This document shows positions 20,392-31,932 of a stretch of 64,000 nucleotides of DNA, one piece after another. Source of the DNA: Chloroflexota bacterium. Its GTDB lineage: Bacteria > Chloroflexota > Limnocylindria > Limnocylindrales > CSP1-4. Within the stretch, counting starts at the first letter, position 1. The number at the start of each line of letters is the position of its first letter. The notes under the pieces were generated by a model, which saw only the letters and a list, made by a program, of their open reading frames with translations, did not search any database and was not told where the DNA came from. The stretch lies in assembly GCA_021789435.1 (NCBI GenBank), contig JAJYJO010000003.1:10812-74811 (forward strand). The letters are read 5' to 3'. Both the position numbers and the translations under genes were made by a program.

Positions 20392-21660
20392 GTGCCCGAA
20401 CAGGACCTCAGCCGGCGCGCCGTCGTGACCGGCCTGGGCGCCGTCACGCCCATCGGCAACAGCGCCCCGGCATACTGGCGGAACCTGCTGGCCGGCGTCT
20501 CGGGGGCGGGGCCCATCACCCACTTCGACCCGTCGACGTTCGACGTCCGGATCGCCTGCGAGGTCAAGGACTTCGATCCCACGCTGACCATGGATCGCAA
20601 GATGGCCCGCCGGATGAGCCGTTTCATCCACTTCGCCATGGCTGCGGCGACCGAGGCCGTCGCCGATTCCGGGCTGGACTTCGCGAGCTGGAGCCCCGAG
20701 CGGCGGGACCGCGTCGCGGTCGTCATGAACACCGGCGGCGGCGGCCTCGAGCAGGTGATCGACGGCGACGAGACCCTCCGGACCAAGGGTCCCGGCCAGG
20801 TCTCGCCCTTCGCCATCCCGGCCCTCTCGGGCTCGATGGGCGCGGCGCAGATCTCGATGAAGTACGGCCTGACCGGGCCCGTCATCACCCAGGTCGCCGC
20901 CTGCGCGAGCAGCGTCATCGCGTTCCTGGACGCGCTCCGCATGATCCAGCGGGGCGAGATCGACGTGGCCGTCGCGGGCGGCTCCGAGGCGGCCCTGCTG
21001 CCGATCGCTTTCGCCGCCCTCGGCAACATGGGCGCCCTCTCCAAGCGCAACCGCGACCCGGAGCACGCCTCCCGGCCGTTCGACCGCGACCGGGACGGTT
21101 TCGTCTTCGGCGAGGGTGCGGCCTGCCTGGTGGTCGAATCGGCCGAGCACGCCCTGGCCCGCGGGGCGACGATTCAGGCCGAGCTGCTGGGCGCGGCGCT
21201 CACGGCCGATGCCTTCCACATCTCCGCCCCCGAGCCGACCGGTCGCGGCGCTGCGATGGCCATGACCAATGCTCTGCGCGATGCCGCCGTGGCCCCCGAC
21301 GAGGTCGACTACACGGTGGCCCACGGCACCTCGACGCCGCTCAACGACGTGACCGAGACGCGGGCCATCAAGACGGCGTTCGGCGATCACGCCCGGCGCA
21401 TGGCGATCAGCTCACCCAAGTCGATGGTCGGGCATCTCCTGGGAGCCGCCGGTGCCGTCAGCGCCATCGCCGCCGTCGGGGCCATCCGCGACGGCTGGAT
21501 CCCGCCGACCATCAACCTGGACAACCCCGACCTGCCGGAGTGCGATCTCGACTACGTGCCCAAGGTCAAGCGTCGGGCAAGGGTGGAGACGGCCATCGTC
21601 AACGGCTTCGGGTTCGGCGGCCAGAACGCGGTGGCGGTCTTCCGCCGCTTCGCGCCCTAG
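20392..21660 (+). CDS. fabF: Beta-ketoacyl-ACP synthase II
   Basis: AACASS, HGTST, KSMVGHLLGAAG, NGFGFGGQN; TACAAT at 20300-20305 may be its own promoter. Confidence 0.92.
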   Translation: MPEQDLSRRAVVTGLGAVTPIGNSAPAYWRNLLAGVSGAGPITHFDPSTFDVRIACEVKDFDPTLTMDRKMARRMSRFIHFAMAAATEAVADSGLDFASWSPERRDRVAVVMNTGGGGLEQVIDGDETLRTKGPGQVSPFAIPALSGSMGAAQISMKYGLTGPVITQVAACASSVIAFLDALRMIQRGEIDVAVAGGSEAALLPIAFAALGNMGALSKRNRDPEHASRPFDRDRDGFVFGEGAACLVVESAEHALARGATIQAELLGAALTADAFHISAPEPTGRGAAMAMTNALRDAAVAPDEVDYTVAHGTSTPLNDVTETRAIKTAFGDHARRMAISSPKSMVGHLLGAAGAVSAIAAVGAIRDGWIPPTINLDNPDLPECDLDYVPKVKRRARVETAIVNGFGFGGQNAVAVFRRFAP

Positions 21661-22220
21661 CCCGGGGACGGTCGCAGCGGGCGTCCCTCGAAGGCCTCGA
21701 GCGAGCGGACCAGCTCGGGCGGCAGGGACCGGACCTCGCCCCGCTCGTAGTCGTAGCCCACGAGGACCGAGTCGGCCACAGCCACGAGGCGAGCGGGGCC
21801 GAGCGGGCTGGCGGGAGCCGTGATCCGCTGCTCCAGCCGGAAGCTCGCCCGCCCGATCTCCACCGCCCGCGTCTCGACCGTCAGCGTCTCGCCGAAGAAC
21901 GCCGGCGAACGGTAGGTGACCCGGGCCTCGGCCAGGATGAAGCGCCAGTCGCCGGCTGCCTCCTCGGCGAGGTGGCCTTCCGGCCCGTGGCCGGCCTCCT
22001 GCATCGTCAGGCCGCTCAGCATGCTGCGCCCCGTCACGACCTCGTAGTAGGCGGCCCGGGCCGCTTCGCAGTAGGTCAGGTAGACGGCGTTGTTGACGTG
22101 ACCCATGGCGTCCGTGTCGGCGAACCGGACCTCGATCGGGCGCCGGAAGCGGAACGGGCCGGACAGGTCGCGCGGGTCGGGCGGGACATCGACCCGTGCG
22201 GGAACCGGTCCGGGCGCCAT
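21657..22220 (-). CDS. Acyl-CoA thioesterase (hotdog fold, YbgC/4HBT family)
   Basis: VRFADTDAMGHVNNAVYLTYCEAAR motif. Confidence 0.9.
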   Translation of the reverse strand: MAPGPVPARVDVPPDPRDLSGPFRFRRPIEVRFADTDAMGHVNNAVYLTYCEAARAAYYEVVTGRSMLSGLTMQEAGHGPEGHLAEEAAGDWRFILAEARVTYRSPAFFGETLTVETRAVEIGRASFRLEQRITAPASPLGPARLVAVADSVLVGYDYERGEVRSLPPELVRSLEAFEGRPLRPSPG

Positions 22221-22228
22221 GAGTCGAG

Positions 22229-22238
22229 AGTGTAGGAT
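22229..22238. promoter_or_regulatory. Overlapping divergent -10 elements
   Basis: AGTGTAGGAT reads TAGGAT on + and TACACT on -, each 8 nt from an ATG. Confidence 0.5.
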
Positions 22239-22246
22239 GCTGGGCG

Positions 22247-22750
22247 ATGGGTCGCTTCCGCATCATCCCGCCCTGGCTGCGCCGCGGCCTCGAGGCGGGG
22301 CTCCTGACCGCCGCCTTGGGGGCCGGGACGCTGCTCGGCCTCGAGCTCAGCGGGATCATCCCCAGCCACCCCGCCGCGCCGTCGGGGGCCACCGGCCCCC
22401 TGGCGCTCGCGCTGCCCGTGCTGGCGGTCGGCGTGCTCGCCGTCGCCTACCCGGTGGCCCTGGCGGCCACCCGCAGCGACGCGGTCTTCGGCGCAGTCGC
22501 GTCCGTCCTGATCTCCGCCGACCTCGTGACGCTGGCCGCGACCAGCCGCCTCACGCTCTCCGCCCTGGACCGCGACGTGGCCGTCGGGGCCCTGGCCGCC
22601 GTCCTCGCCGGCGGGCCGGCGGTGGTCGGCCTGGTCGCCGGCCAGCTGACTCCGCTCGGCTTCGGCCGCCAGGCCGGCTTCCGGACGACGGTCGCCGCGA
22701 CCGCCGCCGCGCTCCTGGTCCTCGTCGCCGCGAGCCGCCTCTTCGCCTGA
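22247..22750 (+). CDS. Hypothetical integral membrane protein
   Basis: 167 aa with about five hydrophobic segments; fills the gap between flanking genes. Confidence 0.7.
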   Translation: MGRFRIIPPWLRRGLEAGLLTAALGAGTLLGLELSGIIPSHPAAPSGATGPLALALPVLAVGVLAVAYPVALAATRSDAVFGAVASVLISADLVTLAATSRLTLSALDRDVAVGALAAVLAGGPAVVGLVAGQLTPLGFGRQAGFRTTVAATAAALLVLVAASRLFA

Positions 22751-22927
22751 GCGCGCGGCCATCCCGGAGCGCGGCCCTGCCCATGCCGCCGGATCTCGGC
22801 GGGCGGAGGCTGTCGCGGTGCGGGCGCCGAACCGGTCCCGCGCAGGACGCAAACCCGCTCCAAGTATCCATCGTACAATGCCGTATTATGAATCGAGCAC
22901 GGCGTTCTCGGAGGAGCCATAGCCTGG

Positions 22928-23542
22928 GTGACTGGTGAACAGATCAGATCACTCAATAAGCGTCCCTACCGGCTCGGTCGGCGGGCCGAGCAGCAGTCGC
23001 AGACACGGGGCCGGATCGTGGCCGCGACGTGCGCGCTGTACATCGACATCGGTCCGGGCAGGACGACGGTCAGCGAGGTGGCGCGACGGGCGGGAGTCGA
23101 GCGCCTGACCGTCTACCGCCACTTCCCGGACGAGGCAGCCTTGACGAGCGCATGTCTGGCGGCCGCGCTCGCGGCGAACCCGCGGCCCGATCCTGCAGCC
23201 TGGTCCACGCTCAGCACGCCCGCCGCCCGGCTGCGCACCGCACTGGGTCGCATCTACGTCCACTACGGCAGCGCCGGGGAGCTGCTGGCAGCGGTCGTCC
23301 ACGACGCGCCGCAGGTGGCGGCCCTGGTCGGCCCGGCGGAGGAGCATCAGGCCTGGCTGCGGTCGGTCGCCGCAGGTCTCGCCGCGGCGTGGCCCGATCG
23401 CGTCCGCGATCGCCCGGCGGTCCGGGCGCTGCTGGCCCTCACGCTCGAGATCCAGACCTGGCGGACGCTGCGCGCCGCCGGCCTGACCGACACCGGGGCG
23501 GCGGAGCTGATGGCGTCGGCCGTTCTCGCCGCCGCCGCCTGA
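22928..23542 (+). CDS. TetR/AcrR-family regulator
   Basis: RPYRLGRRAE..TR.RIV, TTVSEVARRAGVERLTVYRHFP. Confidence 0.9.
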   Translation: MTGEQIRSLNKRPYRLGRRAEQQSQTRGRIVAATCALYIDIGPGRTTVSEVARRAGVERLTVYRHFPDEAALTSACLAAALAANPRPDPAAWSTLSTPAARLRTALGRIYVHYGSAGELLAAVVHDAPQVAALVGPAEEHQAWLRSVAAGLAAAWPDRVRDRPAVRALLALTLEIQTWRTLRAAGLTDTGAAELMASAVLAAAA

Positions 23543-23554
23543 GCAGGACCCGGC

Positions 23555-26300
<2,746 letters not shown>

Positions 26301-26302
<2 letters not shown>

Positions 26303-26318
26303 ACTCCCACCCAGTATA
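26301..26318. promoter_or_regulatory. CsoR/RcnR-type operator overlapping the copA -10 and start codon
   Basis: ATACT-CCCACCC-AGTAT(A); TACT-G tract-AGTA architecture on the minus strand; contains the -10 TATACT. Confidence 0.7.
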
Positions 26319-26493
26319 GTCGCCGTTGGCTGTGCGGGGAAGACGGCTTCACTCCCGGGGCGCCGTGCCCCAGCCCAGAACCGAACCGGGGCCCGACCGC
26401 GGTCCCTGCCGGGGAAGGACTTCGGCCATCTCCCCTGATCGAACGTTCGGCGCGCGCCCGCTTGGGGCGGTGCGTGCGAGAGAGCGGCCCCCG

Positions 26494-26742
26494 TCAGCGC
26501 TCGGCGGCAGGCCCCGAGAGCGACGGCCCAGGTCCGTGCGTCCGCGATCGGGGCAGGTCGCCGCCCGCTTCGGCCGTGGCCGAGCCACTGCGCGCGGCCA
26601 CGACCGCCGCCAGCGCGATGAGAACCAGCCAGGCCAGCGCGAAGAGCAGGACGAGGCCCGCCGACGATCCCAGCAGACGGCCGATGAAGGGCACGTGCCA
26701 GAGCTCCAGGAAGGAGAACCAGGGATGGGTCACCGGGTGCAC
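26494..26742 (-). CDS. Small single-pass membrane protein
   Basis: GAGGAG 8 nt before GTG 26742; [19 protein letters not shown]... followed by a hydrophobic helix. Confidence 0.45.
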   Translation of the reverse strand: MHPVTHPWFSFLELWHVPFIGRLLGSSAGLVLLFALAWLVLIALAAVVAARSGSATAEAGGDLPRSRTHGPGPSLSGPAAER

Positions 26743-26921
26743 GCGGGTCGCTCCTCGTCGGCGAGGCGGCCGCAGCCGGCCGACCGACGGGCCGGCGGCC
26801 TCCGCCTCAAGGAGAATCCCGCGACTCCATGGGAGCATCCTGAGAAGCGGCGACCCGGCGTCGACCGGGGCCGGCGCGGAGCGTCTGTTCACGCCCTCGA
26901 GGAGGGCGCGTCACACTGGGC

Positions 26922-27515
26922 ATGATGACGCTGTCGCCGGCCGTCCCGCGCCCGGACTCACCGCCGCACCCGGCTCCGGACCCGGGCAGGCTCCACCTGC
27001 CCCCGTTCGAGGCGGTCCTGGCCGCCCACCAGATCGAGATCTACCGCTACCTGCGCCGGCTGGCGCCCACGGCGGAAGAGGCGGCCGACCTCCATCAGGA
27101 GACGTTCCTGCGGGCCTTCCGGGCGTACGGCCGGCTGACACCGGACGCGAACGTCCGCGCCTGGCTCTTCCGCATCGCGGGCAACCTGGCCCGCGATGCG
27201 CACCGACGGCGGCTGGCCAGGAGCCGCGGGGGGGCCGTTCGCAGCCTGGATGGTGCGACCGAGCTGCCCGGCGGTGCGGGGACCGATCCCGTGCAGGCGG
27301 CGGTCGACGGCGAGCGGTGGGCGGCGATCCGGGCCGGGCTGCTGGGGCTCACCTGGCGCCAGCGGACGGCCGTGGTCGGCCGGATCCTGGACGGCCTCGA
27401 CTATGCGGAGCTCGCGGCAGTCCTCGACTGCAGCGAGCCGACGGCCCGGCAGCACGTGAGCCAGGGCCTGCGCCGCCTGCGGGCCAGCCTCGATGAGCCG
27501 GAGGATCCCCGATGA
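26922..27515 (+). CDS. ECF-family RNA polymerase sigma factor
   Basis: Region 2 AADLHQETFLRAF...AWLFRIAGN; region 4 LDYAELAAVLDCSEPTARQHVSQGLRRLR. Confidence 0.9.
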   Translation: MMTLSPAVPRPDSPPHPAPDPGRLHLPPFEAVLAAHQIEIYRYLRRLAPTAEEAADLHQETFLRAFRAYGRLTPDANVRAWLFRIAGNLARDAHRRRLARSRGGAVRSLDGATELPGGAGTDPVQAAVDGERWAAIRAGLLGLTWRQRTAVVGRILDGLDYAELAAVLDCSEPTARQHVSQGLRRLRASLDEPEDPR

Positions 27516-28261
27516 CACGATCGACGAAGGACCGTGCGATGGACGAGTTCAGCCGCGTGCTGCGGGCGGCCGATCCTCTGCCCGACGACGCCACGCTGCG
27601 ACCGGAGCTGGCTGCCGCCGTGGCGGCCACGGCCGAGGCTCTGCGGCGCCTCCCGCCGGCGGTCGGGCACGCAGGGCCCGGGCCCGGAGGGCCGGCCGCC
27701 GGCTTCATCAGGTACCCCGCGCCCTGGGGACTCCTCCACGTCGCAGCGAGCGACGAGGGCCTGGCGGCGATCGAGCTCCGGGCTACCACCGAGGGCTTCG
27801 TGGAGACGGTCGCAGCACGGCTTCGCGGCGCGGTCGTCCCGGACCAGCCCGGCCTGCCGGACGCGTGGCGGGCCACGCTCGAGCGCGCGCGCCGCGAGCT
27901 CGATGAGTACTTCGCGGGTCGACGCACGGCATTCGACCTGCCGGTCGACCTGCGCGGCCTCTCCGCCTGGGACCGTCGGGTGCTGAGCGGTGCCGCGGGA
28001 CTCGCCTACGGCCAGGTGACGAGCTACGGTCGACTGGCCCGCCGGATCGGCACACCCCGGGCGGCACGGGCGGTCGGCGGCGCCCTGGGCCGCAACCCGA
28101 TCCCCATCGTCATCCCCTGCCACCGGATCGTGGCCGCGGACGGCAGCATCGGCGGATACGGGGGGAGCGGCCACGGCAGCCGGGCGGCGATGCTGGACGT
28201 CAAGCGGAGGCTGCTCGCCATCGAGGGCGTCGGCCTGCCCGCCTCGGCGCTGGTCGGCTAG
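27512..28261 (+). CDS. ogt: Methylated-DNA--protein-cysteine methyltransferase with N-terminal extension
   Basis: LDEYFAGRR..FDLPVDL, YGQVTSYG, AARAVG, NPIPIVIPCHRIV; ATGA overlap with the sigma gene. Confidence 0.93.
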   Translation: MTRSTKDRAMDEFSRVLRAADPLPDDATLRPELAAAVAATAEALRRLPPAVGHAGPGPGGPAAGFIRYPAPWGLLHVAASDEGLAAIELRATTEGFVETVAARLRGAVVPDQPGLPDAWRATLERARRELDEYFAGRRTAFDLPVDLRGLSAWDRRVLSGAAGLAYGQVTSYGRLARRIGTPRAARAVGGALGRNPIPIVIPCHRIVAADGSIGGYGGSGHGSRAAMLDVKRRLLAIEGVGLPASALVG

Positions 28262-28302
28262 GTGACGCGGGCTCGCCCCGCGCGACCGGCCGATCCGCCT
28301 CC

Positions 28303-28719
28303 TCAGCTCCGCGGCACCGGGCGCATCGGGTAGACGCCCACCACCATCGGGCAGTCGGGATCGCGGAGCAGCTCGAGGCCGACCTCGCCGTGCCGGGCCA
28401 GGTCGGCCAGCATGCGGCCCTCGCGCTCCGGCAGCCCGACGAAGACGCGCCCATCGGCGGCCTCGATGGCCGTCACGTCGTCGTCGGTCCCGTCGATGGC
28501 GAAGCGGCGGCGCAGCTCGTGGAGCGGAACGTAGGGACGGCTCTTGATGAAGCGCCGCAGCTGGGCCTGCGTGCAGCCGGCCCGGCCGGCCTCGTACGGG
28601 CCGTGGCCGTCGCCGAACTCCGCGTCGGCCGACGGCTCGCCAGCCGGGCCGGCCTCGCCGGGGGGCGCGGTCGGATCCGGACGGAAGCTCGCGCGGCCGG
28701 GGGAGGATTCGACGGTCAC
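28303..28719 (-). CDS. Hypothetical protein (possible winged-helix fold)
   Basis: Protein-like core QLRRFIKSRPYVPLHELRRRF...VVGVYPM; normal codon pattern. Confidence 0.6.
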   Translation of the reverse strand: MTVESSPGRASFRPDPTAPPGEAGPAGEPSADAEFGDGHGPYEAGRAGCTQAQLRRFIKSRPYVPLHELRRRFAIDGTDDDVTAIEAADGRVFVGLPEREGRMLADLARHGEVGLELLRDPDCPMVVGVYPMRPVPRS

Positions 28720-28912
28720 GGTCGGTCGGTGGCGCGCGGCGGGCAGGCCGGAGACGGATCGGCGGCGCCGGGGCGTCTTGAGAGGGTCAGGTCCATGGTT
28801 CCGGGCAAACGTCGGCGCCTCTCGGCGGACGTCGACGAACCGATCATACCCCCTCGCCCGCCGGTCGCCGCGCGCCGTCGCCCGGCGGCATCGCCTGCGC
28901 GACGGGGTCGGT

Positions 28913-30085
28913 TCAACCGTCGACGACCAGGAGCTCCCGCGAACCCTCGTTCAGCAGGTCCGGGCCGTCGGGGCAGCAGACCACGATATCCTCGATCCGG
29001 GCTCCGAAGCGGCCCTCCAGGTAGATCCCCGGCTCGATGCTGAAGGCCATCCCCGTCCGCAGCTCCTCGTGGTTGCCGGCCACCAGGTAGGGATCCTCGT
29101 GCTCCTCCAGCCCGATCCCGTGGCCGGTGCGGTGGATGAAGGCCGCGCCGTAGCCGGCGGCGGCGATCCGCTCCCGTGCCGCCGCGTCGATCGCCTCGGC
29201 CGGCCGGCCCGGCCGGACCGCCGCTGTGGCCGCCGCCTGCGCGTCCCGGAGGACCGTGTAGAGGCGCCGGAACTCGGGTCCGGGCTCCCGCCGCCGGTCG
29301 CCGCCGGTCACCCACAGCGTCCGCGTCACGTCCGAGCCGTAGCCGCCCATCGCGCCGCCGATGTCGAGCACGATCGGCTCGCCGGGAGAGATGCGGCGCT
29401 CCGACGCCGCATGGTGCGGCGAGGCCGAGTTGGGTCCGCTGGCGACGATGGCGAAGCTGGCCGTCTCGTGGCCTTCGGCCACCAGGCGATCGCGAACCTC
29501 CCGGCTCACCTCCGCCTCCGTGCGGCCAGCCAGGGGGCCGGCCCCGATGGCGGCCACCACCCGGTCTGCGGCATGGGCTGCCTCGCACAGCAGCGCCACC
29601 TCGTCGGCGTCCTTGACCATCCGCAGTTCCCGCAGCACGGCCGAGGCAAGCGAGAAGCGCGCACCCGGCAGGGCGGCTTGGAGCGGCAGGACGAAGGCGG
29701 CGGCCAGCCGGTCCGAGACGGCCACGGCATCGAGCCGGCCGGTCCGCCGGACGGGGCTGCCCGCGACGAGCTCGCCGGCCAGGGCGATCGGGTCGTCGGT
29801 CTCCTGCCAGGTGACGACCTCGACGAGCCCGGCCGCGGCGGCGGCGCAGGACCGGGCCGGGGCCGCCTCCAGGAGGGGGGCGATCAGCCGGGCGGGCCCG
29901 GCGGCCGGGAGGACGAGCATCGTCAGCCGCTCCAGCGGCATGGCCTCGTACCCGGTCAGGTAGCGCAGGTCCGCGCCGACGCCGATCAGGAGCGCGTCGA
30001 GGCGCCGCCGAAGGCCGAGCTCCCGGGCGCGTTCCAGCCGCTCGCCGTAGCGGGCGGCCGGAACCTGCCGGGCGGCCGGCGTCAC
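28913..30085 (-). CDS. Xaa-Pro peptidase (M24B)
   Basis: DLRYLTG, PHH, DIGG, SDVTRT, HRTGHGIGL..HE, FSIEPGIY, RIEDIV. Confidence 0.93.
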   Translation of the reverse strand: MTPAARQVPAARYGERLERARELGLRRRLDALLIGVGADLRYLTGYEAMPLERLTMLVLPAAGPARLIAPLLEAAPARSCAAAAAGLVEVVTWQETDDPIALAGELVAGSPVRRTGRLDAVAVSDRLAAAFVLPLQAALPGARFSLASAVLRELRMVKDADEVALLCEAAHAADRVVAAIGAGPLAGRTEAEVSREVRDRLVAEGHETASFAIVASGPNSASPHHAASERRISPGEPIVLDIGGAMGGYGSDVTRTLWVTGGDRRREPGPEFRRLYTVLRDAQAAATAAVRPGRPAEAIDAAARERIAAAGYGAAFIHRTGHGIGLEEHEDPYLVAGNHEELRTGMAFSIEPGIYLEGRFGARIEDIVVCCPDGPDLLNEGSRELLVVDG

Positions 30086-30468
30086 CCGGTGGCCCCCGGC
30101 AAGGCGAGCCAGGCGGCCAGGACGGCGGCCCCGTCCTCGGCGACCTTCCGGTACGGCAGGACCAGGCCGGCTCCGGCCGTGCGTGCGGCGCGGCGCAGCG
30201 AGGCGTCGTCGTGCTGGGCGAGGCAGGCAACCTCCGCCCCGGCCGCCCGGGCAGCTGCGACCGCGGCCACGCCGTCGTAGGCGCGCGCGGTCAGGTCCAC
30301 GATCGCCAAGTGAACACCGGCCAGGGCCGCCTCGAACGAGGTCGCGTCCCGGGCGGGAACCGGGACGGCACCCGCCGCCCGCAGCAGGCCCGCCAGGCGC
30401 GTGGCCCAGATCAGGTCGTCGGCAAGGACCACAACCCTGGGTGCGGGCGCCTCGCCGGGCGTGGTCAC
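30082..30468 (-). CDS. Divergent stand-alone receiver (CheY-like) domain protein
   Basis: VVVLADD, AIVDL, DG..A pattern; 4-nt overlaps with both neighbours. Confidence 0.65.
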   Translation of the reverse strand: MTTPGEAPAPRVVVLADDLIWATRLAGLLRAAGAVPVPARDATSFEAALAGVHLAIVDLTARAYDGVAAVAAARAAGAEVACLAQHDDASLRRAARTAGAGLVLPYRKVAEDGAAVLAAWLALPGATG

Positions 30469-31097
30469 GCCCCGGTCGGGGCCCCGTGGGTGGCGGCGGC
30501 CTGCTCGATCGCCTCGCGGGGCGCGCTGCCCGCCAGGAACGCCGCGGCGTAGTCGCTGGCGAAGACGCTCGCGGCCTGTTCCGGGACCAGGTGCCGGATG
30601 GCGTCCGCGTCCAGCGAGTAGCCGAACCGGATGGCGCCGACGTTCTCTTCGAGGTACTTCCTGGGCAGGGCGGCGCGCAGGTCGTCCTCCGTGAATTCGA
30701 CGCCCAGGAGCCGCAGCATCCGGCCCAGGGCGATCATGTTGCCGAAGAGGTCGCGGCCGAACTTCTCGACGCCGAGCTGGAGGAACGGGATCTCCTCCGC
30801 CTCCTCGCCCGGCTTGGCCAGCCCGATGTCGGCCACGACATGGTGCGACTCGAGGTGCGCCGGCCCCCGGTCCGCCAGCCGGAGCGTCACGTCGGCAACC
30901 TCGACGACCGGGTTCAGGATGGGCGCCCGGTCGTACTTGAGGAAGGCCTCGCTCATCCCGCCGCGGACCGACGAGTCGTAATCGTAGAGCAGGGTCACCT
31001 CGTAGCCCATCACGCCGAGGAGGGTGGCCATCGTGTTGCCGATGACCCGGACGCCCTGCCCGCCGATGCCGTCGACGACGACCGACTTGGCTGCCAT
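30465..31097 (-). CDS. 2-oxoacid:ferredoxin oxidoreductase gamma subunit
   Basis: GIGGQGV, YDSSVRGG.S, NMIALG. Confidence 0.88.
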   Translation of the reverse strand: MAAKSVVVDGIGGQGVRVIGNTMATLLGVMGYEVTLLYDYDSSVRGGMSEAFLKYDRAPILNPVVEVADVTLRLADRGPAHLESHHVVADIGLAKPGEEAEEIPFLQLGVEKFGRDLFGNMIALGRMLRLLGVEFTEDDLRAALPRKYLEENVGAIRFGYSLDADAIRHLVPEQAASVFASDYAAAFLAGSAPREAIEQAAATHGAPTGA

Positions 31098-31106
31098 CTC
31101 GACCTC

Positions 31107-31901
31107 CTACTCCGCGCTATGGCCGTCGCCGCCGGCGGTCGGCGCCACCGGAACGGCCGCCTCCGGGCTGCCCTTGACGATGCCGAGCTGGTGGTGTTCG
31201 AGGTGCCTGGCTGCGGAAGGCGCCTGGCGGTACTCCTTCTTGAAGTACATCAGCATCTCGTTGGCGCTCGGGAAGCCGATCCGGCGGCCGTTGTTCTCGA
31301 TGCACTGGCTGGTGATGTCGACGAAGGAGAAGCCCGGCCAGTCGATCGCCTCCTTGATCGCCCGGCGCATCTGGCCCTGATGGTAGACCGTCGTCTTGGC
31401 GTAGTAGGCCTGCGGGTTGGTGTTGACCAGCCCCTGCAGGTTGACCGGGCTGGCCACGGTGCCGGCCGGCGAGGAGACCGTGTTGGTGCCCTTGGGCGTG
31501 GTCGGCCCGGCCTGGCCGCCGGTGAGGCCGTAGATCTCGTTGTTGTTGCAGAGGACCGTGATGTTGGGGTTGCGGCGGATCGAGTGGAGGAGGTGGTTGC
31601 CCCCGATCGAGGCAGTGTCGCCGTCGCCGGAGACGACGATGACGTTCAGCTCCGGCCGGACCGTCTTGATGGCCTCGGCCACCGGCAGGGTCCGGCCGTG
31701 CAGCGTGTAGACCGAATCGAAGCGCATGTAGGCGCCCATCCGGCCGGTGCAGCCGATCCCCGTCACGATCACCGTGTTCCGCTCGTCGAGGCCGATCTCG
31801 TCCATCACGGTGGCGAGCTGGGTCATGATCAGGCCGATGCCGCAGCCCGGGCACCAGATCGTCGGGAAGAGCTCTTCCTTCAGTTTGTCCTTGACGGCCA
31901 T
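31107..31901 (-). CDS. 2-oxoacid:ferredoxin oxidoreductase beta subunit (TPP-binding)
   Basis: WCPGCG, GIGC, TLHGR, GDGD..SIGGNH, NNEIYGLTGGQ. Confidence 0.93.
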   Translation of the reverse strand: MAVKDKLKEELFPTIWCPGCGIGLIMTQLATVMDEIGLDERNTVIVTGIGCTGRMGAYMRFDSVYTLHGRTLPVAEAIKTVRPELNVIVVSGDGDTASIGGNHLLHSIRRNPNITVLCNNNEIYGLTGGQAGPTTPKGTNTVSSPAGTVASPVNLQGLVNTNPQAYYAKTTVYHQGQMRRAIKEAIDWPGFSFVDITSQCIENNGRRIGFPSANEMLMYFKKEYRQAPSAARHLEHHQLGIVKGSPEAAVPVAPTAGGDGHSAE

Positions 31902-31932
31902 GTCCTTGGCGATCTCCTGGCGATTGAGGGGC

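Noticed and set aside
17924-22220. Type II polyketide cluster (KS plus chain-length factor)
   Set aside because: Both ketosynthases keep the catalytic Cys, and there is no ACP, cyclase or tailoring gene adjacent.
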